A stretch of DNA of 64,000 nt from an uncultured Methanosarcinales archaeon (GTDB lineage: Archaea; Nanobdellota; Nanobdellia; Woesearchaeales; CAYSVS01). Made by a program: the position numbers and the translations under genes. Location of the stretch: contig CAYSVS010000002.1 of the NCBI GenBank assembly GCA_964434475.1, forward strand, positions 7,604 to 71,603, given 5' to 3'. Each line of letters begins with the position of its first letter. Positions within the stretch are counted from its first letter, which is position 1. Below, one piece after another: positions 9,779-19,691 of the stretch. The notes below the pieces were generated by a model, which did not search any database, was not told the DNA's origin, and was given only the letters and a program-made list of their open reading frames with translations.

Positions 9779-9879
9779 AATATAAACAGCCTGAAAAGAA
9801 TCATTTTCAGTACAGTATTAAACTGTTTCTAATGAAAAGATTCAAAAATAGGCTTGTTTCAGAAAAAAGGTAATCCAAT

Positions 9880-10848
9880 ATGCCTACAAGAAAAAACCCA
9901 AAACACGGAAGCATGCAGTTTTGGCCAAGGAAAAGGGTCAAGAAAGAGACAGGTTTGATTAGATCATGGGCTAAAGTCAATGATCCTATAGCTTTAGGCT
10001 TTGCAGGATATAAAGCAGGCATGACACATCTAATAGCGACAGACAATAAGCCAAAGTCACAGACAAAAGGGCAAGATATAAGAGTGCCTGTAACAATTGT
10101 TGAATGTCCGCCATTAAAGGTTATGGGTATAAGATATTATAAAAACACACCTTATGGATTAAAGGTAGTTTATGATAAGATGGCTCAAAACCAAGACAAG
10201 GATCTTTATAGGAAACTAATAAAACCTAAGAAAAAACAGGAAAATAAAGAATTTAATTTTGATGATATTATGCTTATTGTATATGCACAGCCAAAGCTTA
10301 CAGGAATAGGCAAGAAAAAACCAGAAATATTTGAGCTTGCTATAGGCGGAAATAAGGAAGACAAGGTTAAATACGCTGAAGAAGTATTAGGAAAAGATAT
10401 CAAAGTTACTGACGTATTTAAAGAAGGTCAGCAGGTGGACTCACATTCTGTAACAATAGGTAAAGGATTTCAAGGATCTGTCAAGAGATGCGGAGTCTCT
10501 ATCAAGCAGCACAAAGCAGAAAAAGCGAAAAGAGTATCAAGTCCAGCAGGATCATGGAACAGAGAAAACCAGACAATGTGGAGAAACCCAAAAGCAGGCA
10601 AGATGGGCTATAATCTAAGAACGCAGTATAATCTACAGATAATCAAGATAAGCGACGATTTAGAAGGGGGAAACCCTAAACAAGGTATAAAGAGATTTGG
10701 AAAACTCAAGAACACATATGTTTATGTAAAAGGTTCAATACCAGGTGTAAGAAAAAGGATCATAAGATTTAATCGTGCGATAAGATCTAATAAAAAGATA
10801 CCTAAAGACGCACCATCCATAAATTATATTCATCTAGCAGGAATGTAA
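9880..10848 (+). CDS. rpl3: 50S ribosomal protein L3 (uL3)
   Basis: The N-terminus reads MPTRKNPKHGSMQFWPRKR, as is typical of archaeal L3. It is the first gene of the conserved L3-L4-L23-L2 cluster. Confidence 0.92.
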   Translation: MPTRKNPKHGSMQFWPRKRVKKETGLIRSWAKVNDPIALGFAGYKAGMTHLIATDNKPKSQTKGQDIRVPVTIVECPPLKVMGIRYYKNTPYGLKVVYDKMAQNQDKDLYRKLIKPKKKQENKEFNFDDIMLIVYAQPKLTGIGKKKPEIFELAIGGNKEDKVKYAEEVLGKDIKVTDVFKEGQQVDSHSVTIGKGFQGSVKRCGVSIKQHKAEKAKRVSSPAGSWNRENQTMWRNPKAGKMGYNLRTQYNLQIIKISDDLEGGNPKQGIKRFGKLKNTYVYVKGSIPGVRKRIIRFNRAIRSNKKIPKDAPSINYIHLAGM

Positions 10849-10849
10849 A

Positions 10850-11656
10850 ATGAAACTTAAAATATTAAATACAGACAATAAGGAAACAGGAAGCGTTGAG
10901 TTACCTAAACAGTTCAGCGAAGAAATAAGAGAAGATCTTGTCAAAAGAGCTGTTCTTGCCATACAAAGCCATAAAAGGCAGCCTTACGGTTCAAACAAGG
11001 ATGCAGGTAAAAGGCACTCCACAGAAGTCTCAAAAAGAAGAAGAGATTACAGAGGATCTTATGGACATGGAATATCAAGAGTTCCAAGAAAAGTGCTTAG
11101 CAGAAGAGGTACAAGGATGAATTGGGTAGGGGCTGAAGCACCGGGTACAGTAGGCGGAAGAAGAGCACATTATCCTAAAGCTGAAAAAATATGGGATCAA
11201 AAGATAAACGATAAAGAAAGGAAAAAAGCTATAAGATCCGCTCTTGCAGCAGTTATGGCAAAAGACATTGTTGCACAAAGAGGTCATGTACTGCCTGATG
11301 TTTATCCTTTTATTATAGATAATGATTTTGAAAAACTGAAAAAGACCAAAGATATTGTTGGTGCACTAAAAAAAATAGGTCTTGAAAAAGAACTGGAAAG
11401 AGCTACAAAGAAAAAAGTAAGAGCAGGAAAAGGCAAAACAAGAGGAAGAAAATACAGAAGAAAAAGCGGAATACTCTTGGTTGTCAATGATAACTGCGAA
11501 CTTATAAAAGCCGCAAATAATATTCCTGGTACATCAATAATCAAAATCAAAGACATAAATACAGAACTACTGGCTCCAGGAACAGATTTAGGAAGAATAA
11601 GCTTGTTCACAAAAGGAGCAATAGAAAACATCAAAAAAAATAACCTATTCACGTGA
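10850..11656 (+). CDS. rpl4: 50S ribosomal protein L4 (uL4/L1e)
   Basis: Position and sequence are typical of archaeal L4. Confidence 0.9.
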   Translation: MKLKILNTDNKETGSVELPKQFSEEIREDLVKRAVLAIQSHKRQPYGSNKDAGKRHSTEVSKRRRDYRGSYGHGISRVPRKVLSRRGTRMNWVGAEAPGTVGGRRAHYPKAEKIWDQKINDKERKKAIRSALAAVMAKDIVAQRGHVLPDVYPFIIDNDFEKLKKTKDIVGALKKIGLEKELERATKKKVRAGKGKTRGRKYRRKSGILLVVNDNCELIKAANNIPGTSIIKIKDINTELLAPGTDLGRISLFTKGAIENIKKNNLFT

Positions 11657-11922
11657 TTATCATGGAAGAACATAAAATAATAAAACATCCTTTGTCAACC
11701 GAAAAATCTATACGGTTGATGGAAGCAGAGAATAAATTGATATTCATAGTAGATAACAAAGCAAAAAAGAAAGACATAAAGAAAGCAGCAGAATCTTTGT
11801 TCAATGTGAAGGTAGAAAAAATAAACACTTTTATCGACACAAAAGGCAAAAAAAGAGCTTATGTTAAATTGAACAAGGATAATCCTGCAATAGATGTCGC
11901 AACACAATTAGGACTGATGTAA
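11653..11922 (+). CDS. rpl23: 50S ribosomal protein L23 (uL23)
   Basis: An 89-aa protein with the conserved L23 core in the expected position. Confidence 0.9.
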   Translation: MIIMEEHKIIKHPLSTEKSIRLMEAENKLIFIVDNKAKKKDIKKAAESLFNVKVEKINTFIDTKGKKRAYVKLNKDNPAIDVATQLGLM

Positions 11923-11961
11923 AACCAACTTGGTTGGTGAGAAAAATCAGAGGTTTTAAGC

Positions 11962-12687
11962 ATGGGAAAAAACATAATTACACAAGCAAGAGGAAGAGGA
12001 GGACCTACATATAGAGCGCCTAGTTTCAGATATAAAGGCATGGCTTTACAAAAGTCATTAAAAGATGAGATGGTCGAAGGAAAAGTGCTTGATTTTGTTC
12101 ACTGCGCAGGCCATTCAGCTCCTATGATGGTCGTCAGGTACAAAGACGGAGAAGATGTCATGACTCTTGCACCAGAAGGTATTGCAGTAGGTGACGAGAT
12201 TTGTTGTGGAAATGATGCAAAAATCAAACCAGGAAACACATTATCTTTAGATAATATACCTAATGGAACCTCAATATTCAATATAGAACAGAACCCTGGG
12301 GATGGCGGAAAGTTCGCCAGGACAGGAGGAAGCAGTGCAAGAATAATAGGAAAAACAAAGAATAAGATTATAATAACGCTGCCATCAAAAAAGCAAAAAC
12401 AGTTCCATAAAAAATGCAGAGCAACAGTAGGAGTATTGGCAGGCGGAGGAAGATTAGAAAAACCTCTGCTAAGAGCAGGCACAGCATATTATAAGTATAA
12501 AGCTAAAAATAAACTATGGCCTAAGGTAAGAGGGGCAGCACAAAATGCAGTGGATCACCCATTCGGAAACAAAAGGTCTTCAAGAAAATCAAAATCAAGG
12601 CCTACATCCAAAAATGCACCGCCTGGAAGAAAAGTGGGTGCTGTAGGAGCTAGAAGAACAGGCCAAAGCAAGAGGATTAAGATTTAG
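11962..12687 (+). CDS. rpl2: 50S ribosomal protein L2 (uL2)
   Basis: The N-terminus reads MGKNIITQARGRGGPTYRAPSFRYKG, and the GHxxPMMVV and Gly-rich C-terminus typical of L2 are present. Confidence 0.93.
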   Translation: MGKNIITQARGRGGPTYRAPSFRYKGMALQKSLKDEMVEGKVLDFVHCAGHSAPMMVVRYKDGEDVMTLAPEGIAVGDEICCGNDAKIKPGNTLSLDNIPNGTSIFNIEQNPGDGGKFARTGGSSARIIGKTKNKIIITLPSKKQKQFHKKCRATVGVLAGGGRLEKPLLRAGTAYYKYKAKNKLWPKVRGAAQNAVDHPFGNKRSSRKSKSRPTSKNAPPGRKVGAVGARRTGQSKRIKI

Positions 12688-12700
12688 GTGAAAAAATACA

Positions 12701-13084
12701 ATGGCTAAGAAAGAATTCAGATACAGAGGCTTCAAACTGGAAGAACTCAAGAGTTTAAGCATAAAAGAATTTGCAGATATAGCTGGAAGTAGAGTGAAAA
12801 GAAGCATACAAAGAGGCTTTACAGAAGCACAGAAAAAATTTTTGAAAGCTGTTGAAAAAAATCCTAATAAACTAAAAACACATTGCAGAAATATGATAAT
12901 ACTTCCTAACATGGTAGGTCTTACAATAGGAGTACATACCGGAAAAGAGTTTAAATCTATAATTGTACAGCCTGAAATGATAGGACATTATTTGGGAGAG
13001 TTCGCACTAAGCAGGGGAAGGGTTTCACACTCGTCACCAGGAGTAGGTGCAACAAAATCAAGCGCATCAGTGAGTGTCAAGTAA
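12701..13084 (+). CDS. rps19: 30S ribosomal protein S19 (uS19)
   Basis: The conserved S19 block GKEFKSIIVQPEMIGHYLGEFALSR is present. Confidence 0.92.
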   Translation: MAKKEFRYRGFKLEELKSLSIKEFADIAGSRVKRSIQRGFTEAQKKFLKAVEKNPNKLKTHCRNMIILPNMVGLTIGVHTGKEFKSIIVQPEMIGHYLGEFALSRGRVSHSSPGVGATKSSASVSVK

Positions 13085-13086
13085 AA

Positions 13087-13569
13087 ATGAGTAAATATAA
13101 TTATTCGACAAAAATGGAAAATGAAGAACATATCGCTAAAGTAGTAGGAAGAGATTTAGGGATATCTACAAAACAGGCGATACAGATAGCTAAATTCATA
13201 AGAAACAGAAAACTTGAAACCGCTAAAAATATGCTTAAGGAAGTTATAGATAAAAAAAGAGCAGTTCCTTTTACAAGATTCAATAGGGACATGGGGCACA
13301 AGGCTAAAATAGGGCCCGGAAGATACCCAATCAAGGCTAGTAAAGAGATATTAAGATTATTGTTATCTGTAGAGAACAATGCGCAGGTAAAAGGCCTTGG
13401 CACAGGTGATCTGTATATCACAAGAATAATACCTCAAAAAGGAGCTATAGAACACAGGCACGGAAGAAGATATGGAAGGACTATGAAAAGGACACATATG
13501 GAGATAATAGTAGAAGAAAAGATTGAAAAAAAACAAGAGAAAAAAGATAATAAGGAGACTAAAAAATGA
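13087..13569 (+). CDS. rpl22: 50S ribosomal protein L22 (uL22)
   Basis: Archaeal L22 sequence in the expected position between S19 and S3. Confidence 0.88.
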   Translation: MSKYNYSTKMENEEHIAKVVGRDLGISTKQAIQIAKFIRNRKLETAKNMLKEVIDKKRAVPFTRFNRDMGHKAKIGPGRYPIKASKEILRLLLSVENNAQVKGLGTGDLYITRIIPQKGAIEHRHGRRYGRTMKRTHMEIIVEEKIEKKQEKKDNKETKK

Positions 13570-14282
13570 TCGAAAGACACTTTGTTGCACAAAAACTGAA
13601 AGAGTTTCAGATTCAGGAATACATAAGGAATAATCTTGGCAAAGTAGGCCATTCACATACAAAGCTCCAGAGGACACCTCTTGGTGAAAAGATCATAGTC
13701 TATGCTTCAAGACCTGGTTTAATAGTAGGAAGAAAAGGAGCCAACATAAAAAAACTAACAATCACACTTAAGAAAAGGTTTGGTTTAGAAAATCCTCAGA
13801 TAGAGATCAATGAAGTTGAAAACATAAATCTTGATCCGCAGATAGTTGCAGAAAGAATTGTCAATTCCCTTGAGAGATTCGGATCAAAAAGATTCAAAGG
13901 ATTTGGTCATAAGGCAATATCAGATGTCATGAATTCCGGAGCAATGGGAGTAGAGATATTAATATCAGGAAAAATACCAAGCTCAAGGTCAAAAACATGG
14001 AGATTTTACAAAGGATATCTTAAAAAATGCGGAGATATATCTGATTCACAAGTAAATGTCGCTTATACGCAAGCATTGCTTAAAACAGGAATAGTAGGCA
14101 TAAAAGTGATGATAATGCTTCCAGACACAGAACTTCCTGACAAAGTAGAGATAAAAAAAGAAATTGAAGAAACAGAAGAAAAAAAAGAAGATAAAGAAAA
14201 GAAAAAAAGCAAGAAAAAGCCAGTTAAAAAAAACAAGAAAGATACTAATAAAAAAGCTAAAAAAAATACCAAGAAGGAATAA
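13566..14282 (+). CDS. rps3: 30S ribosomal protein S3 (uS3) with Lys/Glu-rich C-terminal extension
   Basis: A KH-domain region (IIVYASRPGLIVGRKGANIKKL) is followed by a roughly 45-aa K/E-rich tail. Confidence 0.9.
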   Translation: MIERHFVAQKLKEFQIQEYIRNNLGKVGHSHTKLQRTPLGEKIIVYASRPGLIVGRKGANIKKLTITLKKRFGLENPQIEINEVENINLDPQIVAERIVNSLERFGSKRFKGFGHKAISDVMNSGAMGVEILISGKIPSSRSKTWRFYKGYLKKCGDISDSQVNVAYTQALLKTGIVGIKVMIMLPDTELPDKVEIKKEIEETEEKKEDKEKKKSKKKPVKKNKKDTNKKAKKNTKKE

Positions 14283-14285
14283 AAA

Positions 14286-14498
14286 ATGCCAGTAGTAAAA
14301 GCAAAAGAACTGAAAAACATAAAGAAAGAAGAGCTAGATAAGAAACTTAAAGAGTTAAGGACAGAATTGATGAAAGAGAATGCTCAAATAGCTACAGGTA
14401 CAATTCCCAAAAATCCGGGCAATGTAAGAAATATCAAAAAAAACATTGCAAGGATTTTAACCGTAATTAATCAAAAACCGAAAGAGGTCAAAAAGTAA
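14286..14498 (+). CDS. rpl29: 50S ribosomal protein L29 (uL29)
   Basis: A 70-aa helical protein beginning MPVVKAKELKNIKKEELDKKLKELRTELMK, typical of L29. Confidence 0.85.
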   Translation: MPVVKAKELKNIKKEELDKKLKELRTELMKENAQIATGTIPKNPGNVRNIKKNIARILTVINQKPKEVKK

Positions 14499-14810
14499 AT
14501 GGGAGACGTTTGTAATCAATGCGGATTACCAAAAGAACTTTGCGTCTGTGAATCAATCGCAAAGGAAAGTCAAGAGATTGTTGTTTCAACAATCAAGAAA
14601 AAATTCAACAAACAATATACACAGATTACAGGAATAGATGAGAAAGAAATCAACATCAAAGACCTTGCAAAAAAGTTGAAACACAAGTTTGCCTGCGGCG
14701 GAACTGCAAAAAAAGGCAAGATAGAACTGCAAGGGGATCACAAACAAAAAGCAAAGCAATTCCTTGTCGAGATGGGCTTTGCGCCTGAAACGATAAAGAT
14801 TAAATCATGA
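14499..14810 (+). CDS. sui1: translation initiation factor SUI1 (aSUI1/eIF1 homolog)
   Basis: An N-terminal CxxC…CxC zinc knuckle precedes the SUI1 core (KQYTQITGID…KFACGGTAKKGKIELQGDHKQ). This is the conserved archaeal position after L29. Confidence 0.85.
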   Translation: MGDVCNQCGLPKELCVCESIAKESQEIVVSTIKKKFNKQYTQITGIDEKEINIKDLAKKLKHKFACGGTAKKGKIELQGDHKQKAKQFLVEMGFAPETIKIKS

Positions 14811-15037
14811 TAATAAGGAAAGAGTTCATCGGCAAAAAAGCAGAAGTCGTAGATGCCAAAAACAAAAGCAACATAGGAATAAAAGGAAAGATAAAAAACG
14901 AGACAAAAAACACGATAAGGATAAACGACAAGACACTGCTTAAAAAAAATATAACAATAAAAATCGATAACGTCCTGATCAACTGCGAAAAAATGGCCAA
15001 AAGGCCTGAAGAAAGAATAAAAATAAGGAGAAAATAA
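14807..15037 (+). CDS. rnp1: RNase P protein component 1 (Rpp29/Pop4 homolog)
   Basis: A short Sm-like basic protein sits in the conserved archaeal slot between SUI1 and S17. The repeated GKKAEVVDAKNKSNIGIKGKI pattern fits p29. Confidence 0.7.
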   Translation: MIIRKEFIGKKAEVVDAKNKSNIGIKGKIKNETKNTIRINDKTLLKKNITIKIDNVLINCEKMAKRPEERIKIRRK

Positions 15038-15039
15038 GA

Positions 15040-15465
15040 ATGAAAAACATCGGTATCAATGTAAAGGCACCAAAGGAAAAATGTGAAGATGTAAATTGTC
15101 CATTCCACGGCAATTTAAGAATTAAAGAGACGTTAATTACGGGAACAATCATATCTTCAAGGATGCAGAAAAGTGCAACTGTAGAGATACCAAGAACAAA
15201 ATATATTCCTAAATACGAAAGATACGAAAAGAAAATGACAAGAATAAAAGTACATAATCCTCAATGTATAAACGCAAAAGAAGGAGATGTAGTTAAGATT
15301 GCTCTTTGTAAGCCTTTAAGCAAGACAAAAACATTCGTGATAGTAGAAAAAACAGGCGGTCATAATATTATCTCTGAAAGAGAAGAAATATATGAAGGAA
15401 AAGAATCAAAAAAGAAGCATAAGGAAACACCTAAACCAGCAAAACAAGAAGAAAAGAGTGAATAA
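15040..15465 (+). CDS. rps17: 30S ribosomal protein S17 (uS17)
   Basis: An OB-fold S17 core (GTIISSRMQKSATVEIPRTKYIPKYERYEKKMTRIKVHNP) with a short K/E-rich tail. Confidence 0.9.
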   Translation: MKNIGINVKAPKEKCEDVNCPFHGNLRIKETLITGTIISSRMQKSATVEIPRTKYIPKYERYEKKMTRIKVHNPQCINAKEGDVVKIALCKPLSKTKTFVIVEKTGGHNIISEREEIYEGKESKKKHKETPKPAKQEEKSE

Positions 15466-15467
15466 AA

Positions 15468-15869
15468 ATGAAAGCAGTTAAAGCAAAGATTGTCAAAAGT
15501 TTACCTCTTGGCGCAGAAGTACCAACATGCGATAATAGTGGTGCTAAGATATTGAAATTGATAGCCGTAAAAGGGCACAAGACAGTCAAAAGAAGGATAG
15601 CTTCAGCAGGTATAGGCGATATGGTCATGGCTTCTGTTATCAAAGGAAAGCCAGATATGAGAAAACAAGTGGTGTTTGCTGTAATAGTGAGGCAAAAGAA
15701 AGAATATAGAAGACCAGACGGAAAAAGAATCAAATTCATGGATAATGCAGCAGTAGTGCTTAAGGATGAAAAAGGAAATCCGAAAGGCACGATATTCAAA
15801 GGCGCTATAGCCAAAGAAGCATGTGAAAGATATCCTGGGATATCGAAAGTAGCAAGCATAATAGTATAA
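15468..15869 (+). CDS. rpl14: 50S ribosomal protein L14 (uL14)
   Basis: The CDNSGAK motif and the overall L14 sequence are present. Confidence 0.92.
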   Translation: MKAVKAKIVKSLPLGAEVPTCDNSGAKILKLIAVKGHKTVKRRIASAGIGDMVMASVIKGKPDMRKQVVFAVIVRQKKEYRRPDGKRIKFMDNAAVVLKDEKGNPKGTIFKGAIAKEACERYPGISKVASIIV

Positions 15870-15879
15870 GGAGAAAAAA

Positions 15880-16272
15880 ATGAAAACCAAATTTTCAAGA
15901 TCATGGAAAAGAAGCGTACAGCCAAGAAAACAAAGAAAGTATAGAATGAACGCTCCTATTCATCTGGCAAAAAAATTTGTATCATCGCATCTCTCAAAAG
16001 AACTGATGAAAAAATACAATAAAAGAAACATCACCCTGATAAAGGGCGACAAGGTAAAGATAACAAGAGGATCTTTCAAAGGAAAGACAGGAACTGTCGA
16101 AGATATAGACAGAAAAAAATTCAAAGCTTATATAACAGGTATAGAAGTAATGAAAAAAGACGGATCAAAAACAAGATATCCTGTAGATACATCAAATTTA
16201 TTAATAACTGAACTTAAACTTGATGACAAAAAAAGACTAAAAAAATTATCGACAGAGGTTAAAAATGGTTAA
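15880..16272 (+). CDS. rpl24: 50S ribosomal protein L24 (uL24, KOW domain)
   Basis: KOW motif KGDKVKITRGSFKGKTGTV. Confidence 0.9.
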   Translation: MKTKFSRSWKRSVQPRKQRKYRMNAPIHLAKKFVSSHLSKELMKKYNKRNITLIKGDKVKITRGSFKGKTGTVEDIDRKKFKAYITGIEVMKKDGSKTRYPVDTSNLLITELKLDDKKRLKKLSTEVKNG

Positions 16273-16954
16273 AAATCATCTTAAAAGACTAAATGCTCCA
16301 AGAAGCTGGCCAATAGACAGAAAAAAGACAGTCTGGATAATGAGACCCAATCCAGGAGCCCATAAAATGGAATATGGAGTGCCTTTGACTATCGTACTTA
16401 GAGAAATGATAAAACACGGCAAGACTCTAAGAGAAGTAAAGCAAATAATGCATAATAAAGAAATATTAGTCGATGGAAAAATGAGAAAAGACAGAGCCCA
16501 CACTGTAGGGTTGATGGATGTGATAAGCATACCTGAACTTAAAGAAAATTACAGAATACTTTTTACTAAAAAAGGCAAGCTTAATGCGATAAACATAGAA
16601 GAAAAAGAAGCAAAAGTTAAGCTTTGCAAGATATCAGGCAAATCCAATGTCAAAGGCAAAACTCAACTTAATACTCAAGACGGCAGAAACATACTAGCAG
16701 AAAAGGATGAATATAAAGTTGGAGACAGCCTGGTTATAAAAATACCTGAACAAAAGATTGATCAGCATCTGAAATTCGAAAAAGGAGCTATGATATATCT
16801 TATAGGTGGAAAACATATCGGAGAGACAGGCCATATCGAAAATATAGAAAGGAATAAGATCATATTCAAGACAAAAGACAACAATGTATACGAAACTTTG
16901 AAGAAATTCGCGTTTGTCATAGGCAAAGACAAACCTATCATAAAAGTAGAATGA
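16265..16954 (+). CDS. rps4e: 30S ribosomal protein S4e (eS4)
   Basis: The N-terminus MVKNHLKRLNAPRSWPIDRKK is characteristic of S4e. Confidence 0.9.
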   Translation: MVKNHLKRLNAPRSWPIDRKKTVWIMRPNPGAHKMEYGVPLTIVLREMIKHGKTLREVKQIMHNKEILVDGKMRKDRAHTVGLMDVISIPELKENYRILFTKKGKLNAINIEEKEAKVKLCKISGKSNVKGKTQLNTQDGRNILAEKDEYKVGDSLVIKIPEQKIDQHLKFEKGAMIYLIGGKHIGETGHIENIERNKIIFKTKDNNVYETLKKFAFVIGKDKPIIKVE

Positions 16955-17472
16955 AAATGAACCCTATGAAACAGATAAGGATAGAGAAGCTTACGCTTAA
17001 TATAGGCGCAGGAAAAGATGCCAAAAAATTAGAGAACGGAATAAAACTCCTGAAGAAGATTACAGGTATAGAACCGATCAAAACAACGACTACAAAAAGG
17101 ATACCTGCATGGAACCTTAGGCCTGGACTTCCTATAGGATGTAAAATAACTTTAAGGAAAGAATATGCTGAAAAGCTGCTGCCTAAGTTGATCGAAGCAA
17201 AGGATTTTAAACTTAAAGAGGAACAATTTGACAATAACGGCAACCTATCTTTTGGAATACACGAGTATATAGACATAAAGGATGTAAAATATGAACCAGA
17301 CATAGGCATCATGGGATTTGAGATTAGCGTTACTTTAAAAAGGCCAGGATATAGGATAAAGAAGAGAAAATATCTCAAGAAAAAGATAGGAAACAAACAT
17401 AAGATAACCAAACAGGAAGCTATAGAGTTCATGAAATCAAAATTCAAAGTAAAACTAGGCGAAGAGGAATAA
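16951..17472 (+). CDS. rpl5: 50S ribosomal protein L5 (uL5)
   Basis: The L5 core is present ([13 protein letters not shown]… [19 protein letters not shown]). Confidence 0.9.
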   Translation: MKMNPMKQIRIEKLTLNIGAGKDAKKLENGIKLLKKITGIEPIKTTTTKRIPAWNLRPGLPIGCKITLRKEYAEKLLPKLIEAKDFKLKEEQFDNNGNLSFGIHEYIDIKDVKYEPDIGIMGFEISVTLKRPGYRIKKRKYLKKKIGNKHKITKQEAIEFMKSKFKVKLGEEE

Positions 17473-17473
17473 A

Positions 17474-17704
17474 ATGACATATAGCAATTTTAAGAAAGAA
17501 ATCAAGCAACTGAAGGTCAAGCCTGCAAAGCTAAAAAAATACATAAAACATAATGCACCTAAAAAAAGAAGCTGCGGGACAGCTACAAGAAGATGCAAGA
17601 GATGCGGCAGGATAAGAGGACACATAAGAAAATATGGATTAGGGCTGTGCAGGCAGTGTTTCAGGGATATTGCCACAAGAATAGGATTCAAAAAATACGG
17701 ATGA
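17474..17704 (+). CDS. rps14: 30S ribosomal protein S14 (uS14, zinc-binding type)
   Basis: A CxxC…CxxC zinc ribbon is present ([13 protein letters not shown]…CRQCFRD). Confidence 0.9.
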   Translation: MTYSNFKKEIKQLKVKPAKLKKYIKHNAPKKRSCGTATRRCKRCGRIRGHIRKYGLGLCRQCFRDIATRIGFKKYG

Positions 17705-17713
17705 GGTAAAAAA

Positions 17714-18103
17714 ATGCTTAATGACCCATTATCAAACGCATTATCAAAAATATTTAATGCTGAAAAAGCAGGAAAGAAGGTTTGTATAATCAAACCTTCA
17801 TCAAAAGTAATAAAGAATGTCCTTGATTTGATGAATATAAACGGATATATAGGTACTTACGAAGAAGTAGAGGATATAAAAGGAAATTACCTTAAGCTTA
17901 ACCTATTAGGAAATATCAACAGATGCGGTGCAATTAAGCCGAGGTATGCAGTATCAAAAGACAATTTCGAGAAGTTTGAGAAAAGATACCTGCCTGCAAA
18001 GGGCTTCGGAATGATCCTAATCTCGACTAACCAAGGACTGCTAACACACGAGGATGCTCAAAACAAAAAGATAGGAGGAAAGCTTATCGCTTATTGTTAT
18101 TAA
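17714..18103 (+). CDS. rps8: 30S ribosomal protein S8 (uS8)
   Basis: MLNDPLSNALSKIFNAEKAGKK is a typical S8 N-terminus. Confidence 0.9.
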   Translation: MLNDPLSNALSKIFNAEKAGKKVCIIKPSSKVIKNVLDLMNINGYIGTYEEVEDIKGNYLKLNLLGNINRCGAIKPRYAVSKDNFEKFEKRYLPAKGFGMILISTNQGLLTHEDAQNKKIGGKLIAYCY

Positions 18104-18104
18104 A

Positions 18105-18656
18105 ATGGCTGAAATCAAAGAAATAATCAAGGAAGTAGAAATGCCTGAAGGAGTTCAAGCCATTTTTGAAACTTATGCTTTGTCAGTAAAAGGACCCAAG
18201 GGAGATGTCAAAAAAAGACTGGCAAGCAAAAGAGTAGATATTAATATAGATGAGAATAAAATCACGATAAAAGGTAAAGATACTAGTAAAAAGGATAAAA
18301 AGATGGTGCATACTTTTGCAGCACACATAAAGAATATGGTGAAAGGGGCTGCAGAAGGTTTTGTATACAAGCTAAAAGTGTGCTCAGGACATTTTCCTAT
18401 GAACGTAAGCTTAAGCGGAGATACGTTAAGCGTAAAAAATCTTTTCGGAGAGAAAACGCCCAGAGTTTTGAAAATAAAAGAAGGTGCTAACGTTAAGGTA
18501 GAAGGAGACGTTATAACTGTAGAAAGCGCAGATAAGGAATCTGCTGGACAAGTAGCAGCAGACATAGAACAGCTTACCAGAAGGATAGGCTTTGATAGAA
18601 GAATATTTCAAGACGGCATATATATAACTGAAAAAGCAGGAAAAGATATAAAATGA
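18105..18656 (+). CDS. rpl6: 50S ribosomal protein L6 (uL6)
   Basis: A duplicated-domain L6 sequence in the expected position. Confidence 0.88.
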   Translation: MAEIKEIIKEVEMPEGVQAIFETYALSVKGPKGDVKKRLASKRVDINIDENKITIKGKDTSKKDKKMVHTFAAHIKNMVKGAAEGFVYKLKVCSGHFPMNVSLSGDTLSVKNLFGEKTPRVLKIKEGANVKVEGDVITVESADKESAGQVAADIEQLTRRIGFDRRIFQDGIYITEKAGKDIK

Positions 18657-19240
18657 AAGAACAAAAAGAACTTTTAGAGGTAAGAAAAAAACTGAAAGCT
18701 AAGAAACCCAAGTTCCTCAGGCAGGATGCTCATAAGAAAGGAAGAGTATCCAATAACTGGAGAAAACCTAAAGGCCTTCAATCAAAGATGAGGCTTAATA
18801 AAAAAGGATATAGAAAAAGCGTAACTACAGGATGGAAAAGTCCTGCTGCTGTCAGAGGTATGGATAAATCAGGATTGATTCCTATTATAATAAATAACAT
18901 AAAGGATATGCTTAAACTTGATAAGAACATCCACGGAATAATAATCGCAAAAAAAGTAGGTATAAAAAAAAGGGAAGATATTGTGCTTAAAGCTAAAGAA
19001 GCGGGCATGAAAATACTAAACATTGATGATCCTGAAAACTATCTTAAAAATATTAAAGAAAATATGAAACAAAGAAAGGACAAAAAGAAGAAAATAGAAA
19101 AAGATAAGCAAAAGAAAAAGGAAGAACATAAAAAAGATAAGGAAGAAGAAGAGAAAAAGGAAAAAGAAGAATTAAATGAAGAAGACACAAAGAAAAAAGA
19201 AAAACAAGAAAAAGATAAACTATTAACTAAAAAACATTAA
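18653..19240 (+). CDS. rpl32e: 50S ribosomal protein L32e (eL32) with long Lys/Glu-rich C-terminal extension
   Basis: The L32e core (KPKFLRQDAHKKGRVSNNWRKPKGLQSKMR) is followed by a roughly 75-aa K/E low-complexity tail. Confidence 0.88.
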   Translation: MKEQKELLEVRKKLKAKKPKFLRQDAHKKGRVSNNWRKPKGLQSKMRLNKKGYRKSVTTGWKSPAAVRGMDKSGLIPIIINNIKDMLKLDKNIHGIIIAKKVGIKKREDIVLKAKEAGMKILNIDDPENYLKNIKENMKQRKDKKKKIEKDKQKKKEEHKKDKEEEEKKEKEELNEEDTKKKEKQEKDKLLTKKH

Positions 19241-19241
19241 A

Positions 19242-19691
19242 ATGAGATTCACGATTCAAAGAAGGTTGGCTGCTGATGTTATAGGATGCGGTCTGAAAAG
19301 AGTATGGTTTGATGAAGAAAGGCTTGACGAAATAAAGGAAGCCATCACCAAAGCAGATATAAAAAGATTAGTTTCAGACGGAGCAATAAGAGAAAAACCA
19401 AAAAGAAACACTTCAAAAGCAAGAGCCAGAAAGATAAAAGAACAGAAAAAGAAAGGAAGAAGGAAAGGACACGGAAGCAGAAAAGGAAAGAAAACAGCAA
19501 GAACAGGAAAAAAGGAAGTATGGGTAGCAAAGATAAGAGTCCAAAGAAATTTCTTAAAGAATTTGAGAGATAAAGAACTTATAGACAAGAACACATACAG
19601 AGAACTTTTCATGAAATCAAAAGGCGGCTTTTTCAGAAGCAAAAGGCACATGAAATTATATTTAGAAGATAATGAGTTAATCAAAAAATGA
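19242..19691 (+). CDS. rpl19e: 50S ribosomal protein L19e (eL19)
   Basis: MRFTIQRRLAADVIGCGLKRVWFDEERL is the characteristic eL19 N-terminus. Confidence 0.9.
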   Translation: MRFTIQRRLAADVIGCGLKRVWFDEERLDEIKEAITKADIKRLVSDGAIREKPKRNTSKARARKIKEQKKKGRRKGHGSRKGKKTARTGKKEVWVAKIRVQRNFLKNLRDKELIDKNTYRELFMKSKGGFFRSKRHMKLYLEDNELIKK

